Positions 25,548 to 38,335 of a stretch of DNA of 64,000 nucleotides are shown here, piece after piece. The notes under the pieces were generated by a model, which made no database searches, was not told where the DNA came from, and saw only the letters and a list, made by a program, of their open reading frames with translations. Numbering within the stretch: position 1 is the first letter of the stretch; every line of letters begins with the position of its first letter. Location of the stretch: positions 11,038,001-11,102,000 of the forward strand of contig CM059433.1 of assembly GCA_030390025.1 (NCBI GenBank). Direction: 5' to 3'. The DNA comes from Squalus acanthias. Its lineage: Eukaryota. Position numbers and translations under genes: made by a program.

Positions 25548-26330
25548 AAGAACATAGAAACAGGAGTAGGCCATTTAACTAGATCATGGTTGATCTGTAC
25601 CTCAATTCCATTTACCCGCCTTTGCTTCATATCCCTCGATAGTCTTACCTAGCAAAAATCGATTGATTTCAGTCTTGAAAATTTCAATTAACCCAGCACC
25701 CACCACAGCCTTTTGAGGGAGAGAGTTCCACATTTCCAATAGCCTTATTGTGAAAAAATGCTTCCTGATTTCACTCCTGAATGACCTAGCTCTAATTTTA
25801 AGATTGTACCCTCTTGTTCTGGACTCCCCCTACCAGAGGAAATAGTTTCTCTCTATCCACCCGATTGAATTTGTTTAGTTTTTTTAAACTGCTCAATTAG
25901 ATCACCCCTCAGTCTTCGATACTCAAAAGAATACAAGCCATGTTTATGTAACCTGTCCTCATAATTTAACCTCCGGTATCAGGTGAACCTGCGCTGCACC
26001 CCCTCCAAGGTCAATATACCTTTCCTGAGGTTTGGTGTCGGAAACTGAACGCAGTACTCCAAATGGGGTTTGGCCAAGGCTCTGTATAACTGAAGCATCA
26101 CTTCCTCACTTTTGTATTCCAGCCCACTTGAGATAAGGCCAACATTCCATTAGCCTTTTTGATTGCTTTTTGTACCTGTCCACCAGCTTTCAGTGATTTG
26201 TGTACATGAACACCAAATCTCTCTGCTTCTCCACAGTTGCTAGCTTTTCACCATTTAGAAAAATAATTCGATTTGTCTCTCTTGGATCCAAAGTGGATGA
26301 CTTGTCATAGTTTTGCCCACTCGCACAGCC
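25548..26330 (-). mobile_element. Older CR1 LINE 3' region
   Basis: Reverse complement of CR1 ORF2 C-terminus and 3' UTR (aggagtaggccatt). Confidence 0.85.
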
Positions 26331-27058
26331 TAAGAAGACCGATTTATATTTGAAAAATTGACTTTATAAGGTAGATAGTTTAACTCAAAAGGGAAAGTGA
26401 AACGAGGGGTTCAAATTACAAGGAGTCGCTACTATGCCACGGAGGAATAATTCTCCAATATACATTACACAGAGCTCTCTCTGGCTGATGTTTTCATGTA
26501 GCCAGAGTTGTAGGATCTCTTGTTTCAGAAATCCCAATGGGCAGCTCAAGGACTGAGGTAGTACTGACACAGCAGGTCATTGTAGGGTAAGGTTTCATGT
26601 GGAGCTCTGAGACCATAATTGTCAATCAAGGAGTCATTAGGCAAGAGATGCTCTGAAGCTTGTTGTGTTGCTGCCATGACTTTTAAAACTAAATTTGCCA
26701 TAGACCAAATGGACTTAATAAGAGAGTGCGCAATGAAATATTACCACAATTTAATGGCAAGTTTCTTTTGCCTCAGGCTCATCACAGTTTCCATAACCCT
26801 CTTGACTGGAAAATATTATCTTTCTGGGAGTCATGTCAGATTTTCCAAGTATTCTGCTTGGGCCATGCTAACTGCCTGTGATGGAGACAGGATCCAGAAG
26901 TGCCTGTGGTTACAGTCAAAGATACTTAAATGCAAAGAGACAGCTTCCCTTCTTGGCAGGTCACTATGGAGCTGCATGTCCCAACGTTAACATACTGCCT
27001 GCTTCCTGTAGGGCTCCATGTACTTTTATTGATCACACTTAAGACTGGATTAAAGGAA

Positions 27059-27395
27059 GCCGTCTTTCGGATGAGACGTTAAACCGAGGGCCCCGTCTGC
27101 CCTCTCGGGTGGACGTAAAAGATCCCCATGGCCACTATTTCGAAGAAGAGCAGGGGGAGTTATCCCCGGTATCCTGGGGCCAATATTTATCCCTCAACCA
27201 ACATAACAAAAAAAAAGATTATCTGGTCGTTTTCACATTGCTGTTTGTGGGACCTTGCTGTGCGCAAATTGGCTGTCGCGTTTCCCTACATTACAGCAGT
27301 GACTCCACTTCAAAAGCACTTCATTGGCTGTAAAGCGCTTTGGGAAGTCCGGTGGTCGTGAAAGGCGCTATAGAAATGCAAGTCTTTCTTTCTTT
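27059..27395 (+). mobile_element. 5'-truncated DeuSINE
   Basis: Matches 4911-5229. Confidence 0.88.
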
Positions 27396-27782
27396 CAAAA
27401 CAAACGTTTGGGGGCTTTTCTTCAGCAACCAGCTTTGAGGACCACTGGTTAGGCTGCTCAACACCTGGCACAAATGAGCGTGAGCGTGAGTGACTCACGC
27501 TCCACTCATTTGTACCTGTAGGACCCCGATTTGCATATTTAAGCAGCATCCCGTCTGAAACAGGTAGGCGCGCGCTGGTCACCCAGTTACAGGCTGGCCT
27601 TTTCAAGGCAGACCTTGGGCATCAATGGGGTGGCCGAGTTGGCCACGAGGAATGGGCCACTGAAAATCAGTTGAAAATTGCACCTTGTGTTCCACCGGCA
27701 TGTCCAAGTGGTTATTACTGGGCCTTCACTCAGAGGGTTGTGAACCTTTGGAATTCTCTGCCCAGAGGGCTGTGAATGCTAA

Positions 27783-28050
27783 GGGCTGGATTTTGATACT
27801 GGGGCGGGTTGGGGTCATGTCATCCGCATTTTGTGTTATCCACCCGACTGCAATTGGATGTGGGAGATTGATGCAATTTTCACCTAATTGGGCAATTGAG
27901 TTCCAGCATGTGGGAACCCATGACCCAATTAGTGTTTTCAGTCTGAAAGTCGCCTCTGATGATGTCATCATTACTGCTGCATTGCAGGTCAGAGACTGCC
28001 TGGCCTTTGCTGTGAGAGGACCTGGATGCAAAATGAGCAGCAGCTCTAAG

Positions 28051-28084
<34 letters not shown>

Positions 28085-28536
28085 TATTTTGCATCCAGGT
28101 CCTCTCACAGCAAAGGCCAGGCAGTCTCTCAAGCCCTTCAATGCAGCAGCATCAGAGGCGACTTTCAGACCTAATACTACTACCTTTATCATATCTCCAT
28201 TGTAATAGTGGACCTGCAGCTGATAGCTATCCAAATGTGCTCCCGCCAGGTTTCACAATCGTGGTTCAGAACAGGCGTGCTTCACGTAGATCAAGGGTTA
28301 AAATCACAAAGGCCTTTTAAAATGGCATTATAGAGCCAATTTAGTGCTTGTTAAGGGCCTTAACAGCCTATCCCGCCTCTTAAAGGCGGGATGGAGTCGG
28401 GACCAGCAGACACGATTTAATGAAAATTGCATGGAGGCGGGATGGAGGTGGACTTGTCCCCGCCCACCAGTTTTCGCAATTTTAACCCCCCACACGCCTC
28501 CAAATCCGCCTCCACGGGTCAATGAAAATCCAGCCC
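27783..28536. mobile_element. Harbinger-type MITE with long internal foldback
   Basis: TIRs gggctggattttgat / atgaaaatccagccc; TSD taa/tga. Confidence 0.85.
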
Positions 28537-28552
28537 TGAGTCTCTGAGTATA

Positions 28553-30731
28553 CAGGAATCCCGCCCCAACCGCGGTTTCGCCATACGCGGATTTCACGTA
28601 TACACGGTTTCCTCTCTGCGCCAATTTTTGCCAACCGCGGCAGTGAATTTTGCGTATACGCGGTTTTTGACTTTCAAGTTTCACGGGTCGCGCTTCCAAA
28701 CACGAGACTGCATTCATCCGCGCCGCTCTTTTCAGCATAATTACTACCACGCATGGTCTCGCTCCACTCGTGGATATACTGTACCTGTACTGTGTGTGTG
28801 TGTGAACGTTTAGCCCTTAATCATGGCCCCTAAGCGTAATCTCAGTGGTAAAGGTGAATCAATAGTGAAAAGGGCAAGGAACGTACTAACCTTAGGTAGG
28901 AAATTAGATGTCGTTAATAGACTTGCCCGTGGTGAAAGTACAGCGTCGGTTGGACGACTAATGGGGGTTAACGAGTCCACCATTAGAACCATAAAAAAAG
29001 TGAGGTGTCGATAAGGGCTAGTATTGCGGGTGGCTCTTCGAAAAGAGCTAAAGTGTCGTTTATGCCACGGGACCATAAGCTTGAAAAAATGGAGAAGGCA
29101 CTTAATATCTGGTTGGAAGACCAGAACCAGAAAAAAGCGAATGTTAGTTCCGCATGGGTACGTAAGAAGGCCCTTAGTATCTACAAGCATCTTACTGTGG
29201 CTGCCGGGGAAAGTGTAGATGACATAAAGTTTCAAGCGTGTAAGGGCTGGTTGGAAAATTTTAAGAAGAGGTTCGCCTTGACTAACCTCAAGGTTGTGGG
29301 GGAATCGGCCTCAGCCGATCACGAGGCCGCTGCCAAGTTCCCGGAGGAGCTGAAGAAGTTGATCACCGAGAAGGGTTACCTGCCAGAGCAGGTATTTAAT
29401 GCGGATGAGACTGGTCTCTTCTGGAAGCGGATGCCTTCCCGAACTTTCATCGCGAAGGCTGAGAAGCATGCTTCGGGATTCAAGGTGGCTAAGGATAGGG
29501 TGACCCTTCTCCTTTGTGCTAACGCCGAGGGAGACTGTTTATGAAGCCGATGCTGCTCTACCGCTCTCTTAATCCCCGCGCTCTGAAGGGCAAAAACAAA
29601 ATCTATCTACCTGTCTTCTGGCGTTCTAACCGCAAGGCGTGGGTTACTGCTGCAGTCTCCATGGACTGGTTTCATAACTGTTTTGTGCATGACGTGGAGC
29701 GGTACCTTGCGAGAGAAAATCTGGCCCTCAAGGTCCTACTCATCCTCGACAATGCCCCCGGCCACCCGCCGGCACTCCAATTCAACCACCCGAATATCGA
29801 AGTCGTCTTCCTGCCTCCCAACACGACATCACTCCTTCAACCCATGGACCAAGGTGTGATAGCCACCTTCAAGGCATACTACATACGACGCAGCTTTGAC
29901 CGCATGATGGAGGCTATGGAGGATGACGCAACACTGATGGTGAAAACCTGTTGGAAGGATTACACCATCGCTGACTACATCACCAACATAAAAGAATCGA
30001 TGGATGAACTGAAGAGGACGACAATCAACGTCTGCTGGGGTAAACTTTGGAAGGAGGCAGTGAATGACTCCCGAGGCTTCCCTACAGTTGACGCTGAAGT
30101 TCAGCGCATTGTGAAGGTTGCGCGATGTTTGGGAGGCGAGGGGCTGGCCGACATAGAGCCTGATGACGTCGAGGAGCTCCTTGAGTTGCACGGCGAGGAG
30201 TTGACGGAGGAGGACCTTGATGAGCTGATACAGCATTGTAGTGAGGCAGAGGACGAGGACGAAGATGAGGATATGGTGGAGAAGTCGAAGATGACAAGTG
30301 CCAACCTTAGCAAGGCAATGCTCCTTGCCAATAATCTCTCGGACCTCTTTATGGAGATTGACCCATTCTTGGAGCGTAGTTTAAAATTCAAGCGAGGTTT
30401 GGAGGATTTAATGAGACCAGACAAGCAGGTCCAGAAAGATAGTCAGAAAAAAATGAGTCAACCATCCATCGCAGAATTCTTTAAGAAACCGCCCAGTTGA
30501 TCTTTTTTATTGTGTTATTTGAACATTTATTGTTTTTGTTTGGTTATTGTGTATTTTATTTGTGTTTATTAAAAGAACAAGCAACTTACACAGGCTCTGA
30601 CGAGTGTAAATGCGGCCACGTTCCCCCTAACCCCATTTTTCCCATAGGGTCTTATATTTGCCAACCGCGGTTTTACCAACCATGGGGGTTTTCAGGGACG
30701 TACCCCCCCCGCGGTTGGGGAGGGTTTACTG
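28553..30731 (+). mobile_element. Full-length Tigger/pogo DNA transposon
   Basis: TA TSDs (28551-28552, 30732-30733); 23-bp TIRs caggaatcccgccccaaccgcgg / ccgcggttggggagggtttactg; subterminal ccaaccgcgg repeats. Confidence 0.95.
28823..30500 (+). pseudogene. Tigger transposase (CENP-B-type HTH + DDE_1, DD32D) with two frameshifts
   Basis: MAPKR..LTLGRKLDVV..ESTIRTI; FQACKGWLENFKKRF; VFNADETGLFWK; KDRVTLLLCANAEG; LLILDNAPGH; FLPPNTTSLLQPMDQGVI; frameshifts near 29000 and 29540. Confidence 0.93.
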
Positions 30732-30994
30732 TATTCAAGGCTGAGATCGATAGATTTTTGGACTCTAGGGGAATCAAGGGATATGGAGATCAGGCGGGAA
30801 AGTGGAGTTGAGGTTGATGATCAGCCATGATCTTATTGAATGGCAGAGCAGGCTCGAAGGGCCGTATGGCCGACTCCTGCTCTTACTCCTGCTCTTACTC
30901 CTTATGTTCTTAGAACAGTAACAAATGTTATAAGCACATAAGAAGCAAAAAAATTATTAAAGAAAGGGTTGGGTGGATTAGAAAATAAAGGAAA

Positions 30995-32497
30995 TCTAAT
31001 GCGGAATGGTGGAGCTACTAAATGAGTGCTTTAGTTTTCACAGAACAGCATGATAGTGGGAGTGAAAAGGTACAAGTGATGCTGTGGAACAATTAAATAG
31101 GATAACTATCGATAAGGAAGTAGTACTGAAAACAACAGGTGGAACTCAAAATGAAAGACCTGGATGAAAAGCATGCTAGCGTGCGGATGGAAGTCAGAAA
31201 GGAAATACACCGGGGTCAAGCAAGGCTGTGTCATCGCACCAACGATCTTCTCGATCTTCCTTGCTGCAATGCTCCATCTCACCCTCAGTAAACTCCCCGC
31301 TGGAGTGGAGCTAATTTACAGAACAAATCGGAAACTGTTCAACCTCCATCGCCTCCAGTCCAGATCCAAGGTCGTCCCATCCTCTGTCGTCAAATTACAG
31401 TATGCAGACGACGCTTGTGTCTGCGCTCACTCGGAGGTCGAACTCCAAACCATCGTCAACACCTTGACCGAAGTGTACGAGAGCATGGGCCTTACACTAA
31501 ACATCCGTAAGACAAACGTCCTCTACCAACCTGTCCCTGCCACACAGTACTGCCCCCCGATTATCAAAATCCACGACAAGGCCTTGGACAATGTGGACCA
31601 CTTTCCACACCTTGGGAGCCTACTGTCAACAAGGGCAGACGTCGATGACGAAGTCCAACACCGCCTTCAGTGTGCCAGTGCAGCCTTCAGTTGCCTGAGG
31701 ATTAGAGTGTTTGAAGACCAGGACCTCAAACCCAGCACCAAGCTCATGGTCTACAGAGCAGTAGTGATACCCGCCCTGCTGTATGCCTCAGAGACATGGA
31801 CCATGTACAGCAGGCACCTCAAAGCACTGGAGAGGTACCACCAACGCTGCCTCCGCAAGATCATGCAAATCCATTGCAGGATAGGCGCACCAACGTCAGT
31901 GTTCTTGCTCAGGCCAACATCCCCAGCATTGAAGCTTTGACCACATGCGATCAGCTCCGATGGACGGGTCACATCGTCCGCATGCCCGATACGAGACTCC
32001 GAAAACAAGCGCTCTAATCAAAGCTCCAACACAGCAAGAGAGCCCCAGGTGGGCAGAGGAAACGCTTCAAGGACACCCTCAAAGCCTCCTTGAAAACATG
32101 CAACATCCCCACTGACACCTGGGAATCCCTGGCCCAAGACCGCACAAAGTGGAGGAGAAGCATCTGGGAAGGCACCAAACACCTCGAGTCTCTTCGCCGG
32201 GAGCAAGCGGAAGCCAAGTGCAAGCAGCGCAAGGAGCGCACGTCAACCCAAGTACCCCACCCACCCGCCCCTTCAACCACCGTCTGCCCCACCTGTGACA
32301 GAGACTGTAGGTCCCGCATTGGACTCATCAGTCACCTGAGAACTCATTTCTAGTGTGGAAGCAAGTCATCCTCGGTTCCGAGGGACTGCCTAAGAAGAAG
32401 AAGAAGACCAGAGGCTTTGACCATAACCTTTCAAACATCCTTGGATATGGAAGTTCTGTCAGATGACTGGAGAGCTGCCAATGTACAGCCTCTGTTC
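30995..32497 (+). mobile_element. Old CR1 ORF2 fragment interrupted by RTE
   Basis: ..gacctggatgaaaagcatgctag..gaaata [RTE] ccagaggctttgaccataacc..gactggagagctgccaatgt corresponds to GPD..HPR..EI.EAL..IF..DWR.ANV.PLF. Confidence 0.65.
31209..32406 (+). mobile_element. RTE LINE, RT to 3' end
   Basis: TGVKQGCVIAPTIF, LQYADD, GLTLNIRKT, LLYASETW, zinc finger, (AAG)n tail. Confidence 0.95.
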
Positions 32498-32551
32498 CGC
32501 GATTCCCACGCCCGTTTTTAGGGGGTTATCCAATTTAACCCCCAATATTAC

Positions 32552-32848
32552 CACTGGTTGGTAACTAGAGGTCACAAATTTACAATCATCAGCAAAAGAT
32601 TGAGTGGAAATGTTTTTATACGGAGCGTTAATAGGACATGGAATGCCTCACCAGAAATGATCAAAACAAAATCCATAATAGCTTTTAAAAGGGAAGTGGT
32701 TAAATATTTGAAAAGGAAAAAAAAACCTAAAAGGGTATGGGGAAAGGGCTAGGGAAAAGGACTGGGTGTATCGCTCTTTCAGAGAGCCAGCAGAGGCGTG
32801 AGGGGATGAATGGCCTCCTTCTGTGCTGTAAAATTCTGTGATTGTATA
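32552..32848 (+). mobile_element. Degenerate CR1 3' end
   Basis: TRGHKF..WNA..AFKREV; gaatggcctccttctgtgctgtaa. Confidence 0.75.
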
Positions 32849-34887
32849 GAACAGGTAGCAGTTAATGAATAAGTTTCCTACAGTTGCAGTGATGGTTGCT
32901 CGTACATCTTTTCTATATCCCCATCACAACATTTTGATTTTAACTGTGTTCAGTGTCATTAACAGCGCTGGAGTTTCATTAATGATATCGTTCAATAATA
33001 TTTTTGCACCTGCAAAACGAGCTGAAGCTAAAGCGAACTGAAGCCAACATTTATCTGCAGTGTCTTATAAATAAAGGATCTGCGGAATAAGTATTTATTT
33101 TATTTTCTTCCAGCTGCTATTTTGTGCTCATTAAGTTGATGGACGATGGTGCTGAGGGATGGAATATTTAAACCACCTTTAAACACAGCGTCAACACTCA
33201 GAGACGGAATGGCTGATGTGATCAGTTAGAGCCCCTTTTTTCCCCCCAACAGCGTCCCTTACTCCCCACCTCAGGAAAGCACCTCACCCCGTTGCACTGC
33301 TGCCATTTCCATTTCCGATACTTGATGGTTTCTCTAACTGAGATTGGCGGATATGTGCTAAATTATGGACAATTTTGCACTGTGAACCAGTGTCCCCCGG
33401 GGAAATGGATTCAGACTGCCTGAATTAATTTAACTTAAGGGCTCTTAGCTGTCAAAGAGGCTTTCATCCCATCTGTCCACGCTAGATTCAAATGCTGGGC
33501 CCCAGTGATGAAAGGATAAATTTCTAAGTTACTGTACCACCCAATCCCCTGGCAAAGGAATATCTCTAAATTAATAAGTGGCACAAAACCTTGTGGAATT
33601 TTAATCTGGACACATTAGTACATCCATAATCTGAACAAGATTCTACCTGCCTTATAAAAAAACATGCATACAACACTCAAGAGCACTACCGTGGTAAGAC
33701 TTTATAATGATTGACATCAAAGCTATTGAAAGGAATGCTGCATGTTACTGTAAATTACCTATAGTTAAGAAATATTTTTGGCTGCAGAAAATAATCAAAT
33801 CTGTATATTTGACACACTGAAGCATTTTCTAAACTTCAAAGACTCCTTTTAAGTTCATACTGATAGCCATCATGAATCATTAAGTACAAAAGGTCTTTCA
33901 ACATTTACTGATAACTATATTACTGTTAATCATTTGCTTGTTTTATATTTGCTTCAGAAAGGCAATTTAATATAAAGATGCACTAGAAATGAAAGACATG
34001 CTGGCATGGTGGATAGAGTCATTAAATCTGTCCATAACTGCTGCACTGTGACCTTATTTACATCGAAAAGCTGGAACTGCTCCAAGTACAGTTACCTGGG
34101 AATCAAAAGTAACTCCAGCTGAAACAAAGCCAGCATCTATTCCCGAGTCCAGTGAATGGCAAGTATTCACTTTAAGCTGGTTCCTCTCCAGAATCGCAAT
34201 GGACAGCTTTATATAATGCCAGGCCTGTGTACACGACATGCTTCATGTACCAAATATAATTACTCAGAAGCTTCTCTTAGACTTGAGGGAAGTTTGGGTC
34301 AGTTTGCCCCGTGCACCTGATTCTGAGTCAATGAATACATTCAGACACATCAAATCTCCATTAACACTGCACGGTTTCATAACCAGGGTCGTAGAAAATG
34401 GGGAGCGGAGTGCTGGATGCATGAAATATACATCAACAGGAAAGCATTTTAAAAACTTCAATTGCTTTCACTGCTGACTGCACCACAACTCAGTTTGTTG
34501 ACTAATTTATTATTTGATAGGTATTTACTTCCATTTTTCCCTCTCCCCCTCCTCTACCGAAGGCAATGGCCTGGAAATCCGATGGTGCCCGGAATTGTGT
34601 GCGCGGGGGGCGGGGGTGAGTGGGGCAGTAGGGAGCACTGCACGCGCCTGTCGCGATTGACTCAGGCAGCACGTGATATTCGTGCAGCTTGATCATTATC
34701 ATGAGTCGGGCGTACAGCCAACGCCACCCACGCTACTCATTGGTTGCACGCCTGTAAAATGGGGGGGGGGGGGGGTGGGGTGGGAGGCGGCAGATATCGG
34801 GCGACTATGGGGCCACCTAAAGGCAGCCAGCATCTCTTAAAGGGAAGGTGCATTCTGGCTGCAGAGATCAGAGATATGGCTGAAAGC

Positions 34888-35478
34888 AACAACAACAACT
34901 TGTATTTATATGGTGCCTTTAACGTAGTAAAACATCCCAAGGCGCTTCACAGGAGTGTTATAAAAGCAAAATTTGACACTGAGCCACATAAGGAGAAATT
35001 AGGGCAGATGACCAAAAGCTTGGTCAAAGAGGTAGGTTTTAAGGAGTGTCTTAAGGGAGGAAGGAGAGACGGAAAGGTTTAGGGAGGGAATTCCAGAGCT
35101 TAGGGCCTTGGCAGCTGAAGGTACGGCCATCAACGATTGAGCAAATAAAATCAGGGATGCTCAAGAGGGCAGAATTAGAGGAGCTCAGATATCTCGGGGG
35201 TTGTGGGGCTGGAGGAGGTTACAGAGATAGGGAGGGGCGAGGCCATGGAGGGATTTGAAAACAAGGATGAGAATGTTAAAATTGAGGCGTTGCTTAACCG
35301 GGAGCCAATGTAGGTCAGCGAGCACAGGGGAGATGGGCGAACGGGACTTGGTGCGAGTTAGGACACGGGCAGCCGAGTTTTGGATGACCTCAAGCTTACG
35401 TAGGGTAGAATGTGGGAGGCCAGCCAGGACTGCGTGGGAATAGTCAAGTAACAAAGGCATGGATGAGGGTTTCGGCAG
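34888..35478 (-). mobile_element. L2 3' end
   Basis: L2 motifs on - strand; (CAA)n. Confidence 0.9.
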
Positions 35479-35984
35479 CAACAAGAATTTCCAATACTGC
35501 CTTGGAGACCCTAGTGTAGGCAGTGGATAGGAGGAGCAATATCCTCTCCTCCACCCCCACCTCACCCACCCCACCCCACCCTCCAGGGGCCAGGAAGCTC
35601 TCCAGACATCAACTCCACTGTCAGTGGGAAGAAATTATAGAGTTTTTGAATGCCAGGAGCCTAGAACCCAGGACCTGGGTGCAATACTAGAAGAAATGTA
35701 ATGACCTCACTAGAGTTGCTAAGAATACTGCTCTCTTACTCGTTGCTCAAACTGCACCACTTGTAGACTCACTACTCGCAAAACTCCCCTCTCCCATTCC
35801 CTTCACTCTCCTGCAATTACTGCACCACACTTCACTGCACTGCCTTCTCCTCATGTTCACACAGCCCCCACTATTAAAGCCCTCACTTGCCCACAACTCA
35901 CACACAGACTATCAGCTATTCCACCACATTCTCTACAGGCGCACTCTCTAAACACCTCACTGTCACCAACACACTCCCTTCTTT

Positions 35985-36915
35985 CTTGCGTGAGAAGGCC
36001 GCGCACAACTCCGGGCAGCAGGCTGGCACTGGAGGAACAAGAGCCCACCTGCTTCATCCTTTGCCCCCCACCCCCCCCCCCGCCCCGCCCTCGAAGAAAA
36101 TATGCTCGCCATCACGGGCAGGGGCAGAGTCGAGGCCATGGCGACTGACATCGCTGGAGGAGACGTCATGCAGGGTTTCTTCACAGCTAATCCTCTCTGA
36201 GCCTTCTGACTTCTATCTCACCCCACACACACACTGCACGGCAAGCTACAGATGCTTTCACCACCCACTTCTCTCTCTCACTGATCTCCATTTACACCAC
36301 AAGCTAATTAAGTCCCCTCCCTTTCATTTCAGGTGCTGAGTAGGTGGAAGCCCCCGTGTCAGAGGAGGAAGCGAAGGCGAGCGTTCAGCAAGATGCACCG
36401 TCAGTCGAGCTGACTCTCTCACAAGCACCAGCTCAGATACTGGCAACATGCGGATCTTAGAGGCGAGGTTAGAGGAGGGGTCTATATGTGGTGACTCACC
36501 GACACAAGTGCCAGCAGCTAGGGCAGGGGGATTGGACGCCACAGGCGCTCGCTCTCCTGAGAGCGAGGTCGCACACTAGTTCTGCTGCAGGTGCTGACTT
36601 TGAGGGCCCAGCTTACCGAAGGAATCTGATGGACTTCTACCAGGAAATGCACTGGGCAGCCTGCCAGAGAGCTTGCGCACAATGTCACAGAGCCTGAAGG
36701 ATTCCAGCACCAAATTGTTTCAAGGCTTCGCGCAGAGCATGTAGACCATTCTGTCCAACATGGACCAAGCGGTCAGCTCCATTAACAACGCAGTGGTGCC
36801 CACCATGATGGGTCCTCTGCTGACAGCTCTGACAGCTTCCATGGCAGCTCACACTGCTGCCGTGTAATCTCAGATGGCTGCCACCTTGGCTCTGTGGGCC
36901 AACGTCAACAGGGGC
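35985..36915 (+). pseudogene. Harbinger Myb/SANT-like gene remnant (C-terminal exons)
   Basis: EKAAHN...TGG...EENMLAITG motif typical of Harbinger Myb-like proteins; convergent with the transposase remnant. Confidence 0.6.
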
Positions 36916-36916
36916 C

Positions 36917-37277
36917 TCAAAGTGTCACACCAATGGTGGAGCGATGATAATCGGGGATGCACAAGAGGCCAGAATTGTCGGAGCAAAGCGATCTCGGAGG
37001 GTTGTGGAGCTGGAAGAGGCTATAGAGATAGGGAGGGGAGAGGCTATGGAGGGATTTGAAAGCAAGGATGAATATTTTAAAACTGAGGCGTTGCCGGACC
37101 GGGAGCCAATGTAGATCAGCGAGCAACAGGGCAGATGGGTGATCGGGACTTGGTGCAAGTTAAGATATGGGCAGCAGAGTTTTGGATGAGCTCAAGGTTA
37201 CGGAGAACATAATGTGGGAGGCTGGCCAGGAGAGCATTGGAATAGTCAAGTCTAGAGGCAACAAAGGCACACTGGAC
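36917..37277 (-). mobile_element. L2 internal fragment
   Basis: AFVASRLDYSNALLASLP..LADLHWLPVRQR. Confidence 0.88.
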
Positions 37278-37529
37278 AGGAACTAGGGGCCGGCACAAGG
37301 GTGATTTTTAATTATTTCTGTTAACTATTAGATAGAGATGTCATTGGGTAGATTGCTAAATTTGTTTTTTGGTTCTGGATTTGGTGTTGGTGTTTTTCTT
37401 TGTAGTGAAGGGCAAGACCCATAAATCTGAACTGAAGGAAAGTAATTGGATGGTGGTTATAAGGAAAGCGGTAAGGACTGTGGGACTGTTGATGTATTGG
37501 GGATGGTTCAGGTGAAACGTTCCTCTGTC

Positions 37530-37547
37530 GTCGAGGGGCACTGTCCT

Positions 37548-37583
<36 letters not shown>

Positions 37584-38335
37584 CCTTCTGTTCCACTTCT
37601 TGCTACCCGCTCCTCCTCCTGCACTTGTTGCTGCCCAGGTGGTGGTAAAGGCTCGTCCCTCATGATGGTGAAGTTGTGCAGCATGCAACAGACCACCACA
37701 GATCTGGACACCTGCTCGGCGGGACACACTGCAAAGCTCCTCCGGAACAGTCCAGGCAGCGGAGGCGTTGCTTGAGCACGCCGATTGTTTGCTCAATGAT
37801 GTTTCAATGTGGTGGCATGGCTCTCGTTGTAGGCCAGCTCTGCAGCTGTGTGTAGTTTCCCGACAGGATGCAAGAGACATGATGTGACTGCTGCCAGGAT
37901 AGTGGGCACAGACCTGCATGATGCATTGCCTGTAGTTGCAAACCAGCTGTACGTTGAGGGAATGGAATCCCTTTTGATTGATAAAGACAGCCAGGCTGCT
38001 GATAGAGAGCATGCATGGCAAGTTGTGTCCAGTCAATAACACCTTGCACCATGGGGAAGCCTGCAATGTGGATAAAGCCTAGTGACCTCTCGTCTTGCTT
38101 CGTTCTGTCCGTGGGGAAAGAGATGCAGGAGTTCCTCCTGGTGTAGAGAGCTCGGTGACCTCCCTAATACATCGGTGCACTGTGAAATGGTAGATGTCGC
38201 TGATGTCACCTCTTGCAGCCTGAAAGGAGGCCGTGGCATAGAAGTTGAGGTCCATGGTGACCTTGCCAGCCACAGGCAGTGCTGTCCATACCCTGGCACA
38301 AGGCTTGAGTTGTGGCTGCAGCAGTTGACAGCCTC
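37530..38335 (-). pseudogene. Harbinger transposase (DDE_Tnp_4) remnant
   Basis: KVTMDLNFYATASFQ..GDI, GFPMVQGVID, FINQKGFHSLNVQLVC..YPGSSH, LKQRLRCLD, VVVCCMLHN, acidic tail; multiple frameshifts. Confidence 0.88.

Larger units (their letters stand above)
27724..30912 (+). mobile_element. CR1 3' end split in three by two DNA transposons
   Basis: Pieces 27724-27782, 28537-28552 and 30732-30912 rejoin to ..gctgagtctctgagtatattcaaggctgagatcgatagatttt.., colinear with 22820-23060. Confidence 0.88.

Noticed and set aside
26529..26990. Candidate exons / 123-aa ORF
   Set aside because: No recognisable protein; could arise by chance
28823..30500. Domesticated TIGD/JRK/CENPB host gene
   Set aside because: Has TIRs, TA TSDs and frameshifts and sits inside a CR1 fragment, so it is a transposon copy
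37530..38335. Host HARBI1 gene
   Set aside because: Many frameshifts and deletions, and paired with a Myb remnant as in Harbinger transposons
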